NCBI GenBank assembly: GCA_003554865.1
Contig: PWHJ01000025.1
Coordinates: forward strand, 6,822 to 70,821
From: Bacteroidota bacterium
Lineage (GTDB): Bacteria; Bacteroidota; Bacteroidia; Bacteroidales; PUMT01
Length of the DNA stretch: 64,000 nucleotides
Direction of reading: 5' to 3'
The notes beneath the pieces are model-generated. The model was not told where the DNA came from, did not search any database, and worked only from the letters and a program-made list of their open reading frames with translations. Each line of letters starts with the position of its first letter. The first letter of the stretch is position 1. The position numbers were made by a program, and so were the translations under genes. This document shows positions 10,031 through 20,540 of the stretch, one piece after another.

Positions 10031-11536
10031 TTACATGCAATGCAGGTATTTTTCAACCATTTCGCGAATAATCTCCTCTTTCCCGTAAACCCTTTCACTT
10101 AAGTCCCTGTCTTCGTATGACTTGAGCTTTTTTATGACGCTGTCTATCATCCCCCGGGGAAAAACTCCATCCCTCTCAAATAAATCACGCTTTGCCGAAA
10201 GAGCTTCCGCCGCTTCCCAGCAGGAAGCAGGGAGCCTCTCGAGCCGCTCCATTTCCTCCCTGTGCTCTTCCCTGAAAATATTAACATCCACATAAAGCTC
10301 ACCGGCTCTTTCCAGGGCATCTTCCATCTGCAATCCATGTTGCGCGGCAACCACCAGTCCAGCCATAAGACTGTAAAGATCGGCAGAACCGTCCGGCGAA
10401 CGAAACTCGACTGTTTGCTTCTCTTCCTGGCTGGGCAACCGGTCAACCACACCCGGATTGGCATCCTTTATCATATCCTCAGCCCCATGCCAGCCCAGTG
10501 GAACGCGCACCAAAACCGAACGGTTGCGGTCACCCCAGCATATACTCGTGGGAGCTTCCTGATGCGGCACCAGGCGAAGGTAAGATATGGGAATGGTATT
10601 GCCAAATGCACACAAAGCCTTTGCACAATCGAGCCATCCTGCAACGAGCCTTTTCGCTGCATCGCTTAACTTGCCGTCTTCAACCATCATATTCCTCCCC
10701 TCCTTTTCCAGATAGGTGTGAACATGCATTCCACTCCCGGCCTTTCCGACGGATATTTTGGGAGCAAAACTTATCTCAACGCCATATTCATATGCAAGCA
10801 TGCGCATTATCCACTTGGCAACCACCAGCTGGTCAACAGCATCTTCGGGATCACAGGGTAAAAACTCTATTTCATGTTGTTCGTACATGCGGTTTGCCGA
10901 GGTAAAATTGCCCACCTCGGCATGGCCGTATTTTGTTTTTCCCCCCGCAGCGGCAATAAGGCGCAAAGCCTCTGACCTCAGATTACCCCACTTGGCAAAG
11001 GGGGCGGAAGAATGGTACCCTTTCTGATCGGGTATGGGAAAAGTCTCTTCCGCGGGACTTGTAACATAATATTCAAGCTCCCCGAAAGCTTTGAAAGTAT
11101 AACCGGTAGTTTCCTTAAAACGTGCGGCTGCTTTGCGCAAAATGTTCCGCGGGCAGTTCCCGAGGGGGTTGCCTTCGTTGTCGTAAAAGGAGCATAGTAT
11201 GTCAAGTGTTGGAATATCCTCAAAAGGATTTACAAAAGCGGTTTTGTAACGGGGTACTACGTAAAGGTCACTCGATCCGGCTTCGATCGAAGAAAAAAGG
11301 CTTGACCCGTCAATCCTCTCACCTGCCGAGAGTACACTTTCAAGATATTCTTTCCCGGATACTGCAAAATTGAGAGTCTTTAGCTTACCGTCTTCAGCTA
11401 CGTACCTGAAATTTATCATCTCTATGCCATTACCTTCCACAAACCTGACTATATCGTTCATTGTGAATTCAGATTCGGACTTATTAAGGAATCTGACAAG
11501 CTCATTGGGGTTGAGAGAATATTGTGTTTTTTCCAT
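10031..11536 (-). CDS. glnA: Glutamine synthetase (Bacteroidetes ~500 aa GSI-like)
   Basis: IDGSS, GELEYY, HAEVG, EQHEIEF, FAPK...GSGMHVH, SYLRLVPHQEAP, WGDRNRSVLVRVP and VEFRSPD motifs. Confidence 0.9.
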   Translation of the reverse strand: MEKTQYSLNPNELVRFLNKSESEFTMNDIVRFVEGNGIEMINFRYVAEDGKLKTLNFAVSGKEYLESVLSAGERIDGSSLFSSIEAGSSDLYVVPRYKTAFVNPFEDIPTLDILCSFYDNEGNPLGNCPRNILRKAAARFKETTGYTFKAFGELEYYVTSPAEETFPIPDQKGYHSSAPFAKWGNLRSEALRLIAAAGGKTKYGHAEVGNFTSANRMYEQHEIEFLPCDPEDAVDQLVVAKWIMRMLAYEYGVEISFAPKISVGKAGSGMHVHTYLEKEGRNMMVEDGKLSDAAKRLVAGWLDCAKALCAFGNTIPISYLRLVPHQEAPTSICWGDRNRSVLVRVPLGWHGAEDMIKDANPGVVDRLPSQEEKQTVEFRSPDGSADLYSLMAGLVVAAQHGLQMEDALERAGELYVDVNIFREEHREEMERLERLPASCWEAAEALSAKRDLFERDGVFPRGMIDSVIKKLKSYEDRDLSERVYGKEEIIREMVEKYLHCM

Positions 11537-11557
11537 AAAATATTTAATTTGAGATTA

Positions 11558-14200
11558 TTACTGTTTCATTTTTTTCAGTGAATTTAGCTTTTCCTCCATC
11601 AGTTTCAGCTTGTTTTCGGCATCTTCCTTCTTTTTCTTTTCCTGGCTGACCACCTTTTCAGGTGCATTTTCAATAAAACGCTTATTTTCCAGCTTTTTCA
11701 TCACCGACTCCAGGAAACCTCTTGTATAGGTGATCTCTTTTTCTACTTTTTCTATTTCTTTACCTACATCAATCTCCTCAGCAAGGGGGACAAAAAATTC
11801 GGTAGTCCTGACCATAAATGAAAGGGCTCCCTCAGGCTTCTCTCCGGCGGGGGTGAACCCTGACAAGTTGCACATTTTGGAAATCACCTCCCGGGGCATT
11901 TTTAAAAACTCCTCTTCATCCATCCCGGCAAGAAGAGTAACAGGCTTTGCCTGAGGTATGTTATTTTCAACCCTGAGTGAACGAACCGATGTTATGATCT
12001 CCCTTGCAAAGTCAAACTGCCCTGTCAGTTCACTATCGACCTTCCCGGCCTCAGGCATCTGTGCAACCATTATACTCTCCCCGCTCTCCCTTCTATCCAT
12101 CAGTTGCCATATCTCCTCGGTTATAAAAGGTATAAAAGGATGAAGCAGCCTTAAGAGCTTGTCAAAGTACATCATTGTGGCATCATGTGTTTTTTTGTCG
12201 AGTGACTGACCGCGGGGAGGTTTTATTATTTCAAGATACCAGGAGGAAAAATCTTCCCAGAAAAGCCGGTACAGGGTCATTAGAACTTCGGAAAGACGGT
12301 AGGCGTCGGAGTTTTTGTTAACTTCCCCGATTGACCTGTTCAGGATGCTTGAGAACCACTCAACTGCTGCTTTGCGGTGTGCAGGCTGCGGTATGTATTC
12401 ATCGGCTTCCCAGCTTTTAACAAGCCGGAATGCATTCCATATCTTGTTTGAAAAATTTCGGCCCTGCTCGGTCAGGTTTTCATCAAAAAGTAAATCACCG
12501 CCGGCCGGAGAACAAAGCATCATGCCCACCCTTACACCATCGGCCCCGTATTTATTAATCAGCTCAAGAGGCTCAGGGGAATTCCCAAGGGATTTTGACA
12601 TTTTCTGACCAAATTTGTCCCTGACAATCCCGGTGAGATAAACGTTCTTAAAAGGCCTCTGACCGGCATACTCATATCCTGCCATTATCATGCGTGCAAC
12701 CCAGAAGAAAAGTATTTCGGGGGCCGTAACAAGATCATCTGTGGGATAATAGTATTTGTAATCGTTGTTTGAGGGGTTCCTTATACCGTCAAACACGGCT
12801 ATCGGCCATAACCAAGAAGAAAACCATGTATCTAGAACATCTTCATCCTGACGCAAATCAGAGGCTTTCAGGTTATTGTTGCCGGATATTTCAACCGCTT
12901 CAGAAAGGGCCTCCTCAGCCGTTCCGGCCACAACAAACTCATTGCTGCCGGGCAGGTACCAGGCGGGTATACGGTGGCCCCACCACAACTGACGGGAAAT
13001 GCACCAATCCTTTACATTTTCCATCCAGTGCCTGTATATATTTTTAAATTTTCCGGGGTGCAGCTTTATTGAATCATTCATTACATTTTCAAGAGCCGGC
13101 GCCGCCATCTCCTTCATACGGCAAAACCACTGCATAGAAAGCTTCGGCTCTATGGGTGCATCGGTACGCTCGGAAAAGCCGATCTTGTGAGTGTAATCTT
13201 CAACCTTAACAAGCCTGCCTTCATCCCTCAGGCGGGCAACAACTGCCTCACGTGCCTGAAAGCGGTCCATTCCCACGAAAACTTCCGCCTTTTCACTCAA
13301 TGTCCCATCTTCATTTAAAATGTCAATAACAGGCAGGTCATGGCGAATTCCTATCTCATAGTCATTAATATCATGGGCAGGGGTTATTTTCAAAGCCCCG
13401 GTTCCAAATTCCATATCTACATAATCATCTTCAATCAAGGGAACCTCACGTTCTACAACCGGTATGACAACCTTTACCCCCTTCATGCTCCTGTAGCGGG
13501 CGTCCCCGGGGTTTACGCAAACGGCCGTATCACCAAGGATTGTCTCCGGACGCGTAGTGGCAATAACAATACCCTCTTCCCTGCCTTTTACATCATAGTA
13601 TACATGGTATAATTTTGAGCTGACCTCCCTGTGGTTCACCTCCTCGTCAGAAAGGGCTGTCTTGGCCTGCGGATCCCAGTTAACCATTCTCACACCACGG
13701 TAAACGTAGCCTTTACGGTAAAGGTCAATGAACACATTAATAACACTCTCGGAATAACCCTCATCCATAGTAAAAACAGTACGCTCCCAGTCACACGAAG
13801 CACCCAGCTTTTTAAGCTGCTCCAGAATAATATCCCCGTGCTTGCGTCTCCACTCCCATGCATGCTCCAAAAACTCTTCCCGGGTGAGATCGTATTTGTT
13901 TATCCCCTCCTCTTTTAGTTTTGCAACAACACGGGCTTCAGTTGCAATGGAAGCATGATCCGTTCCCGGCACCCACAAGGCATTCCTGCCCATCATCCTG
14001 GCCCTGCGCACAAGTATATCCTGTATTGTATTATTGAGCATGTGCCCCATATGTAATACACCCGTAACATTGGGAGGAGGAATAACCACGGTATAAGGTT
14101 CCCTTTCATCTGGCTCCGACCTGAAAAGACCGTGCTCAAGCCAGTAATTGTACCATTTTTTTTCCGTTTTACCGGGATCGTACTTTGAGGAAATCTCCAT
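11558..14200 (-). CDS. valS: Valine--tRNA ligase
   Basis: [13 protein letters not shown] (HIGH), [21 protein letters not shown]-terminal coiled coil. ATG at 14200 (MEISSKYDP). Confidence 0.98.
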   Translation of the reverse strand: MEISSKYDPGKTEKKWYNYWLEHGLFRSEPDEREPYTVVIPPPNVTGVLHMGHMLNNTIQDILVRRARMMGRNALWVPGTDHASIATEARVVAKLKEEGINKYDLTREEFLEHAWEWRRKHGDIILEQLKKLGASCDWERTVFTMDEGYSESVINVFIDLYRKGYVYRGVRMVNWDPQAKTALSDEEVNHREVSSKLYHVYYDVKGREEGIVIATTRPETILGDTAVCVNPGDARYRSMKGVKVVIPVVEREVPLIEDDYVDMEFGTGALKITPAHDINDYEIGIRHDLPVIDILNEDGTLSEKAEVFVGMDRFQAREAVVARLRDEGRLVKVEDYTHKIGFSERTDAPIEPKLSMQWFCRMKEMAAPALENVMNDSIKLHPGKFKNIYRHWMENVKDWCISRQLWWGHRIPAWYLPGSNEFVVAGTAEEALSEAVEISGNNNLKASDLRQDEDVLDTWFSSWLWPIAVFDGIRNPSNNDYKYYYPTDDLVTAPEILFFWVARMIMAGYEYAGQRPFKNVYLTGIVRDKFGQKMSKSLGNSPEPLELINKYGADGVRVGMMLCSPAGGDLLFDENLTEQGRNFSNKIWNAFRLVKSWEADEYIPQPAHRKAAVEWFSSILNRSIGEVNKNSDAYRLSEVLMTLYRLFWEDFSSWYLEIIKPPRGQSLDKKTHDATMMYFDKLLRLLHPFIPFITEEIWQLMDRRESGESIMVAQMPEAGKVDSELTGQFDFAREIITSVRSLRVENNIPQAKPVTLLAGMDEEEFLKMPREVISKMCNLSGFTPAGEKPEGALSFMVRTTEFFVPLAEEIDVGKEIEKVEKEITYTRGFLESVMKKLENKRFIENAPEKVVSQEKKKKEDAENKLKLMEEKLNSLKKMKQ

Positions 14201-14433
14201 TTTATCTCTTAATCTTTTTTGCATTTATAATAATACAGCTGCTGAAAGTCATTTCAGGTCAGCCGTATTCAAAATTTTGTAAAAATAAGCATTTTGACTT
14301 AATCCTCCATTGCAGATCAATTTTATAAATAAACCCGGATTTTAAATTAATACTAAAATGGCATTAAAAAATTTTATGACAATACCCTTCTTCAAATATG
14401 CCTTTCATCATTCTTTTATTTAACAATTAAAAT

Positions 14434-14441
14434 TAAATTTG
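14434..14441 (+). promoter_or_regulatory. Putative -7 promoter element (TAAATTTG) for the aminotransferase
   Basis: TAnnTTTG match 62 bp upstream of ATG 14504. Confidence 0.45.
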
Positions 14442-14503
14442 TATAATATTGTATGGAGATTCTCTCCCTGCAAAGGAATAATAACACAAAAAAACAAAAT
14501 ATT

Positions 14504-15703
14504 ATGCCACAGATCTCAGAAAAAGGAAAGTCAATGCCCCAGTCGCCAATAAGAAAGCTGGTGCCCTATGCAGAAGAAGCAAAACGAAAAGGACGTAAGA
14601 TCTATCACCTGAACATCGGTCAACCCGACATCCCTACTCCGGAAAATGCAATGAACGCCCTGCGCAACACACCGGTAAAAGTTGTGGAGTACAGCCATTC
14701 GGCGGGTAACGAATCCTACCGCCGCAAACTTGCCGAATATTACCGGAATATCGATATAAATGTTGATCACACGGAGATTATAATTACAGCCGGTGGTTCG
14801 GAAGCTATACTGTTCGGTTTAATGTCCTGCCTGAACCCGGGTGACGAGGTGATAGTGCCGGAGCCTTTTTATGCAAATTACAACGGATTTACAGTTACAG
14901 CGGGTGTAAAAATCGTGCCCGTCACATCCTGCATTGAAAACGGGTTTGCCCTTCCTCCTGTAGCGGAACTGGAAAAACTGATAAATCCCAAAACAAAAGG
15001 TATAATTATTTGCAATCCAAACAACCCTACCGGTTATCTCTACTCCCGGGAAGAAGTCGAACAACTTGGGGAGATCGTAAAAAAACACGACCTCTATTTG
15101 TTCTCCGATGAGGTTTACCGCGAATTTTGCTATGACGGCAACACCCATTTTTCGGTAATGCACATTAAGGGAGCGGAAGAAAATGTTGTGCTTGTGGATT
15201 CCATATCCAAACGTTACAGTGCTTGCGGGGTGCGGATAGGAGCCCTTGTAAGCAAAAACAGCGAGGTAATGGCAACAGCAATGAAATTTGCCCAGGCCAG
15301 GCTCAGTCCCCCTTCCCTTGGCCAGATAGTGGGTGAAGCCGCTCTTGATGTTCCGCAGGATTATTTCAACGAAATGGAGGATGAATATACAGGGCGCCGC
15401 AATCTTATGGTCGAGGCCCTCAACAACATGGAGGGGGTTGTCTGTCCCGTTCCCAGGGGTGCTTTTTACGCCACGGTTAAGCTGCCGGTTGATGACACCG
15501 ACAAATTTTCCCAATGGTTACTTTCAGATTTTGAGCACAACAATGAAACAGTAATGCTTGCCCCCGCTTCCGGGTTTTATTCAACACCGGGTTACGGGAA
15601 ACAGGAAGTGCGCATAGCCTACGTCCTTAACAAGGACGACCTTAAAAAGGCGATGGAATGCCTGGAGCTGGCATTGAAAAAATATCCGGGACGAACGGTT
15701 TGA
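14504..15703 (+). CDS. PLP-dependent class I/II aminotransferase (aspartate aminotransferase-like)
   Basis: LNIGQPD, CNPNNPTG, SDEVY, PLP-lysine motif SISKRYSACGVRIG. Likely start MPQIS at 14504. Confidence 0.92.
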   Translation: MPQISEKGKSMPQSPIRKLVPYAEEAKRKGRKIYHLNIGQPDIPTPENAMNALRNTPVKVVEYSHSAGNESYRRKLAEYYRNIDINVDHTEIIITAGGSEAILFGLMSCLNPGDEVIVPEPFYANYNGFTVTAGVKIVPVTSCIENGFALPPVAELEKLINPKTKGIIICNPNNPTGYLYSREEVEQLGEIVKKHDLYLFSDEVYREFCYDGNTHFSVMHIKGAEENVVLVDSISKRYSACGVRIGALVSKNSEVMATAMKFAQARLSPPSLGQIVGEAALDVPQDYFNEMEDEYTGRRNLMVEALNNMEGVVCPVPRGAFYATVKLPVDDTDKFSQWLLSDFEHNNETVMLAPASGFYSTPGYGKQEVRIAYVLNKDDLKKAMECLELALKKYPGRTV

Positions 15704-15756
15704 ACCCCGAAAGTCAAGATCAAAAAACTGATCCCTGGATGCTGAATGATACAACA

Positions 15757-15787
15757 AAGGCCACCGTACCAGCCATGCGGTGGCCTT
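15757..15787. terminator. Hairpin between the convergent aminotransferase and TPS genes
   Basis: AAGGCCACCGT - 9 nt - GCGGTGGCCTT, abutting the TPS stop codon. Confidence 0.55.
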
Positions 15788-17975
15788 ATACTTTCAGCTT
15801 CCCGAGAAGCTCAACTGCTTCCTCTTGTTTATCAAGGACATAGTTGGCAGCAGTATGAACTTTGCCTACCCTGAAAGTAAAAGCATCCCGGGGGAGTGTG
15901 TGAAAAAGCAGCTCATCTGCCCATCCTGCGCCAATGGCCATAATGAAGTCATAATTTTTCATTGACAACCAGTGAAGAGCAATCTCACCCTTGTTTATTC
16001 CGGAATTGCTTATCTCTATCACTTTGTTCCCGTGAAGTACCTGTACATCAAGGTTGGAAGTAAGGTTCAAAAGGTGTTCGTTCACTTCACGGGCAAGAAA
16101 TTTAGATTGCTCAATGTCGGCCTTGTAATAATGCCAGGCCACAGAAAACTCCTTTTCCTCGACAAAGGAGCCCGGCAATCTGTCGGTATACATCTCCAGT
16201 ATATCAAGAACTTCTTCTTTCCATTCGACAGAAAGGGGCTTTAGCTGATACCACTCCTGCTGTGAGGCTTTTTTTATCCACGAGCCGTGCTCGGCTGTCA
16301 GGTTAACATTTATCCCTTTCAGCAAATATTCGAGATTATCCTTGCTCCTGCCGCTAAGGATCACAATATCGGTGTCGGGTTTGTCATTTATTTGCTGCAG
16401 GAGCTTCAACAATTCCGGGCGTGGTTTTGCTTTTGAAGGGTCACGGGAGAAGGGGACAAGTGTTCCGTCATAATTTACAAAGATTATCCTGTTGGCAGCC
16501 CCTTCATATTTTTCCATCAGGTTACCGGCCACTTCAGCTGTAAATCTCTTTTTTTTGAACGTGTGTTCAGAATCCCTCCTTATTTCGATCAGAGTATCCA
16601 CAAAATCCCCGGCCCATTTGGTAACATTATACCTTTTAAGGCGTTGCTGCATAATGGTATTTCGCCTTTTCTGCTCATCAAGGGGCACTTTGAGAGCCTC
16701 CAGGATAGCATCTGCTATTTCATCAATATTGTTGGAATTGATTATAATGGTTTCGCTCAGCTCTCTTGCCGCCCCGGCAAATTCGCTTATGATCAGAACA
16801 CCTTTTTTGTCGGACAGTGAAGCAACATACTCCTTGGCAATAAGGTTCATCCCATCCCTCAGCGGGGTAAGAAGAGCAACGTCACTCGAGCGGTACTGAG
16901 CAATAAGCTCTTCGTGGGGCAGTGAAGTAAACTGATATATAATAGGAATCCAGTCGACACTTCCGTAAGTGCCGTTAATATAACCCACAAGCTCATCCAG
17001 GTTCCTTTTTATTTTCTGGTACATATAAACCCCTGTGCGGGAGGGTACAACGATCATGTTCATACAAACCTTACCCTGCCACCCGGGATTTTCCTTTAAA
17101 AACATCTCAAAACCGAGCAGCCGGTTGATAATGCCCTTTGAATAATCAAGCCTGTCAACAGACAAAATGGTTTTCATATTATTCGAAGGAAGCTGTGACT
17201 TTTTCACCCTGCTTGTGTCCATGCCGTTGAATTTCTCAAAGTCAACTCCCATGGGAAATGTATCAACCCTCACCATCCTTCCCGGTAAAACAATCTTTCC
17301 CATATGATTGTCAATTCCCAGTATCCTGCGGACACAACCCAGGTAATACTGCGAATAATCATGTGTGTGAAACCCAACCAGGTCCGCCCCTGCCAGTCCT
17401 TCCAGTATCTCACTGCGGCTTTCCTTCGGCAGCAGCCTGTACATTTCAAAAGACGGAAAAGGAATATGGAGGAAAAAACCCACGGGGTTGTCAATTTTCT
17501 CCCTCAGCATACGGGGGAGCAGCATAAGATGGTAATCATGAACCCAAACAATATCATCCGGCTCTATTATTCTCAGCAGCTCATCGCGGAACAGGGCATT
17601 AACCTCCTTGTACTGATGCCAGTATTCGGTATCGAATTTAACATACGTGGGGAAATAATGAAATAAAGGCCATATGGTCCTGTTGCAAAAGCCAAGGTAT
17701 ACATTGTCCATCAACTGCTTTGACATAAAAACCGGAGATGCATTATGGTAATCTTTTACTTTGCCCCTTACAGTTTCCTCATCTTTTTTGGGTACGCTAA
17801 TGCCCGGCCATCCGACCCACTTATACTCCTTAATTGCCGAACCGGATTTCCCCAGTGAATCGAGAAAATCACTCAACCCGGAAACGAGTCCGCCGGCCCC
17901 TCTCTTTAGCGTGTATCCCTCCTTCTCCTTTGAAACTACTACCGGCAGACGGTTAGATACTATTATCAATCTCAT
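15786..17975 (-). CDS. Trehalose-6-phosphate synthase (GT20) fused to a degenerate trehalose-phosphatase (HAD IIB) domain
   Basis: OtsA motifs intact: SNRLP, GGLV, IWPLFHY, HDYHL, FLHIPFP, VDRLDYSKG, VPSR, RDGMNLIAKEY. C-terminal HAD domain reads FVNYDGTL / LSGR / NKG / IGAGWADE. Confidence 0.92.
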   Translation of the reverse strand: MRLIIVSNRLPVVVSKEKEGYTLKRGAGGLVSGLSDFLDSLGKSGSAIKEYKWVGWPGISVPKKDEETVRGKVKDYHNASPVFMSKQLMDNVYLGFCNRTIWPLFHYFPTYVKFDTEYWHQYKEVNALFRDELLRIIEPDDIVWVHDYHLMLLPRMLREKIDNPVGFFLHIPFPSFEMYRLLPKESRSEILEGLAGADLVGFHTHDYSQYYLGCVRRILGIDNHMGKIVLPGRMVRVDTFPMGVDFEKFNGMDTSRVKKSQLPSNNMKTILSVDRLDYSKGIINRLLGFEMFLKENPGWQGKVCMNMIVVPSRTGVYMYQKIKRNLDELVGYINGTYGSVDWIPIIYQFTSLPHEELIAQYRSSDVALLTPLRDGMNLIAKEYVASLSDKKGVLIISEFAGAARELSETIIINSNNIDEIADAILEALKVPLDEQKRRNTIMQQRLKRYNVTKWAGDFVDTLIEIRRDSEHTFKKKRFTAEVAGNLMEKYEGAANRIIFVNYDGTLVPFSRDPSKAKPRPELLKLLQQINDKPDTDIVILSGRSKDNLEYLLKGINVNLTAEHGSWIKKASQQEWYQLKPLSVEWKEEVLDILEMYTDRLPGSFVEEKEFSVAWHYYKADIEQSKFLAREVNEHLLNLTSNLDVQVLHGNKVIEISNSGINKGEIALHWLSMKNYDFIMAIGAGWADELLFHTLPRDAFTFRVGKVHTAANYVLDKQEEAVELLGKLKV

Positions 17976-17986
17976 GGTTTTTGCTT

Positions 17987-20383
17987 TTATAATTTGAACT
18001 GCTTTTTATTGCCGGTTTCGAACCTGAACTTTTCTCCCTTTACTCCTACACAGACCGGTTCGGCATAACCTTTGTCAAATTCGATCTCCAGTATCCTGTG
18101 ATCAATATAAAGCTTTATCCAGTGTCCGCGATAACGGACATAAAAAGAGACCGAATTAATGTCATCCGGAAGACAGGGGTTGAGCCATAATACATCATCC
18201 CTTATCTCCAGTCCCGAATAGCATCTTTGTATTATATCGGTTGTTCCTGCCATGGCCCCAAGATGGATACCCTCATGGGTAGTGCCTCCCTGTATATCTT
18301 TAAAATCGCTCATAAGGGCTCTTCTGAAATTTTTCCATGAGCGGTAGCGGTCGGAACGCGCAAAAACCCATGCATGAATAACCTGGCTCAATGTAGAGCC
18401 GTGAGATGTTATCTCCTGATAATAAGATATATTATCAGGAATAATATCCGGGTTGAACCTGTATCCCAGTTTATTGAATATAGCCTCAAGCTCTTCAGTT
18501 GAAAAAATATAAAAGAGCATAAGCACATCAGCCTGCTTGGTTGCCTTGTACCTGTTGGGAGTATCGTTTTCCTTCTCCAGTATCCTGTCCAGCCTCATTA
18601 TATTACCGTATTTTTTACGGTATTTTTCCCAGTCCAGATCCTCCAGGCTGCAAAAGCCTTCAAACTGCTCGATAATATTGCCCCCATTATAAAAGGGGAT
18701 AAACATCTTGCCTGTAATATCTTCCCATTTGTCAATATCTTCTTTTGTAAACCCGACTTTTTCAGCAACCTCCTCTACACATGAATCATCCAGCAACCTG
18801 CAAATCTCAAGTGCTTTTTGCATTACCCATACAGCCATAATATTTGTATAGGCATTATTGTTAAGACCCTGTGAATTGGAATCCGGATACTTTTCATGGT
18901 ACTCGTCGGGGCCCATAACGCCCATTATCTCATACCGGTCGCGCCTGGGGTTATAAGTGGCGATAGTGGACCAGAAAAGTGCAGTGGCACATATTATTTC
19001 GGCCCCGTAAGTTGTGAGAAAATCAATATCTCCCGTACTCTGGTAATAATGCCATACATTGTAGGGGATCGCTGCATTGATATGGCGCTGAAGTCTTGAA
19101 TTGTCTGGTATCCAGCGCCCAGATTTAGGGTTGAGATGTATCTCCTGTGTTTCTTCCCTTCCGTTGCTTCCGCTTTGCCAGGGATACATTGCTCCCCTGT
19201 ATCCGGCTTCCCTTGCAGCATGGTACGCCTCCGGCAATCTTCGGTAACGGTATAGCAGCAGTGAACGGGAAAGCTGGGGATTGTGAAGGTTTATAAACGG
19301 GAGTATATAAAGTTCATCCCAGAATATATGCCCCCTGTATGCCTCCCCGTGCCAGCCGCGTGCCGGAACCCCAATGTCGTAATCTATGCTGTTCTTTGAT
19401 ACAGTCTGATAAAGATGAAAAATATGCAGTCTCAGTATCAGCTGATCGCTGTTTGCAGAATTGAGCTTCATATCATTATAGCTCCATATCTGCGACCAGG
19501 CAGTACTTTGTTTTTCGGCTATATCAGAAAATGTTGCAAGCCGTTCTGTTTTTGTCAAAGCCTCAGTAAGTGGGTCGCTTATTGCAAAATCTCTTGAAGT
19601 ATAAATTGAAACAAGCTTTTCTATTCTGACCGGTTGAAGCCTGGAGCACTCGATTTTTATATCCTTTGCAATAAATCCCTCCCGCTGAAAAGTTTTCTGC
19701 GGAACATCGGCCTTTCTCTGGTTTATGTAAACATCTGTTTTGGCCGCCTGGGTCATCTGTATTTTGGACTGCTTGGAGCGGCTTATAAGGTAAACCGAGT
19801 TATCGTTAAAACTCCCCTTTTCTGTAACCTCTATATGATCCTGATTAAGGTCCCTGTAGCGCGCAACATTATTGTTAATTATGTTTCCGTCAATGCCGGA
19901 GCGGAGAGTAATTTCACCCGACCAGTTTTCGGGAATCAAAGTCCATTCCAGTCCACCAACATGATAATCATACATACTGACTATCCTGCGGCTGATAATG
20001 GATGTTACATTGCCTTCATCATCCCTTACCCTCATTTTACGCTCCAGTATCCCCTCCAGCATGTTAAGGGAAGTTATATGCCCGATCACATCCATTTTGC
20101 TGATATCCAGCCACTTTCTTTTTCCTATCTTAAAAGTAAGGTAAAGCCAATTAGGCCAGTTTACAAGATCCTCATTTTCCACCGTCCTGCCCTCTATTTC
20201 CGATTTCATACGATTGTAGCCTCCTGCAAGGTAAGTACCGGGGTAATTATACTCATTGTCGGGCACTTCCTCAAAAGCCCCCCTGGTTGCAAATACCCCG
20301 TTTCCAAGAGTGCACAACGCCTCCCTTAAAGAATGATTTTCCGAACTCCAGTCATCGTATCGCAATATCCAGTTGTTATCCAT
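17987..20383 (-). CDS. Glycoside hydrolase family 65 protein, trehalose-6-phosphate phosphorylase-like
   Basis: EALCTLGNG..TRG, PARGWHGEAYRGHIFWDE, catalytic GPDEYH, NNNAYTN, KQAD, HGSTLS and EGIHLGAMAG motifs. Confidence 0.9.
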   Translation of the reverse strand: MDNNWILRYDDWSSENHSLREALCTLGNGVFATRGAFEEVPDNEYNYPGTYLAGGYNRMKSEIEGRTVENEDLVNWPNWLYLTFKIGKRKWLDISKMDVIGHITSLNMLEGILERKMRVRDDEGNVTSIISRRIVSMYDYHVGGLEWTLIPENWSGEITLRSGIDGNIINNNVARYRDLNQDHIEVTEKGSFNDNSVYLISRSKQSKIQMTQAAKTDVYINQRKADVPQKTFQREGFIAKDIKIECSRLQPVRIEKLVSIYTSRDFAISDPLTEALTKTERLATFSDIAEKQSTAWSQIWSYNDMKLNSANSDQLILRLHIFHLYQTVSKNSIDYDIGVPARGWHGEAYRGHIFWDELYILPFINLHNPQLSRSLLLYRYRRLPEAYHAAREAGYRGAMYPWQSGSNGREETQEIHLNPKSGRWIPDNSRLQRHINAAIPYNVWHYYQSTGDIDFLTTYGAEIICATALFWSTIATYNPRRDRYEIMGVMGPDEYHEKYPDSNSQGLNNNAYTNIMAVWVMQKALEICRLLDDSCVEEVAEKVGFTKEDIDKWEDITGKMFIPFYNGGNIIEQFEGFCSLEDLDWEKYRKKYGNIMRLDRILEKENDTPNRYKATKQADVLMLFYIFSTEELEAIFNKLGYRFNPDIIPDNISYYQEITSHGSTLSQVIHAWVFARSDRYRSWKNFRRALMSDFKDIQGGTTHEGIHLGAMAGTTDIIQRCYSGLEIRDDVLWLNPCLPDDINSVSFYVRYRGHWIKLYIDHRILEIEFDKGYAEPVCVGVKGEKFRFETGNKKQFKL

Positions 20384-20540
20384 ATAATCACATTTTTATT
20401 ATTTATTTTAAAAAACCTCATCCCTCTTAAAATAATGTAACTTTAAGGGGCAGATCCATAAAATTAATATTTTATTAGCAAAAGTGTATCCCGGGCACAT
20501 ACAACTGACGGTTTAAGCAATAAAATATTTTATCGCTTAA

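Noticed and set aside
14819-15514. 231-aa antisense ORF (also 19634-20329, 33289-34038, 55435-56028 and many shorter ones)
   Set aside because: Shadow frames opposite well-conserved genes, with no recognisable motifs.
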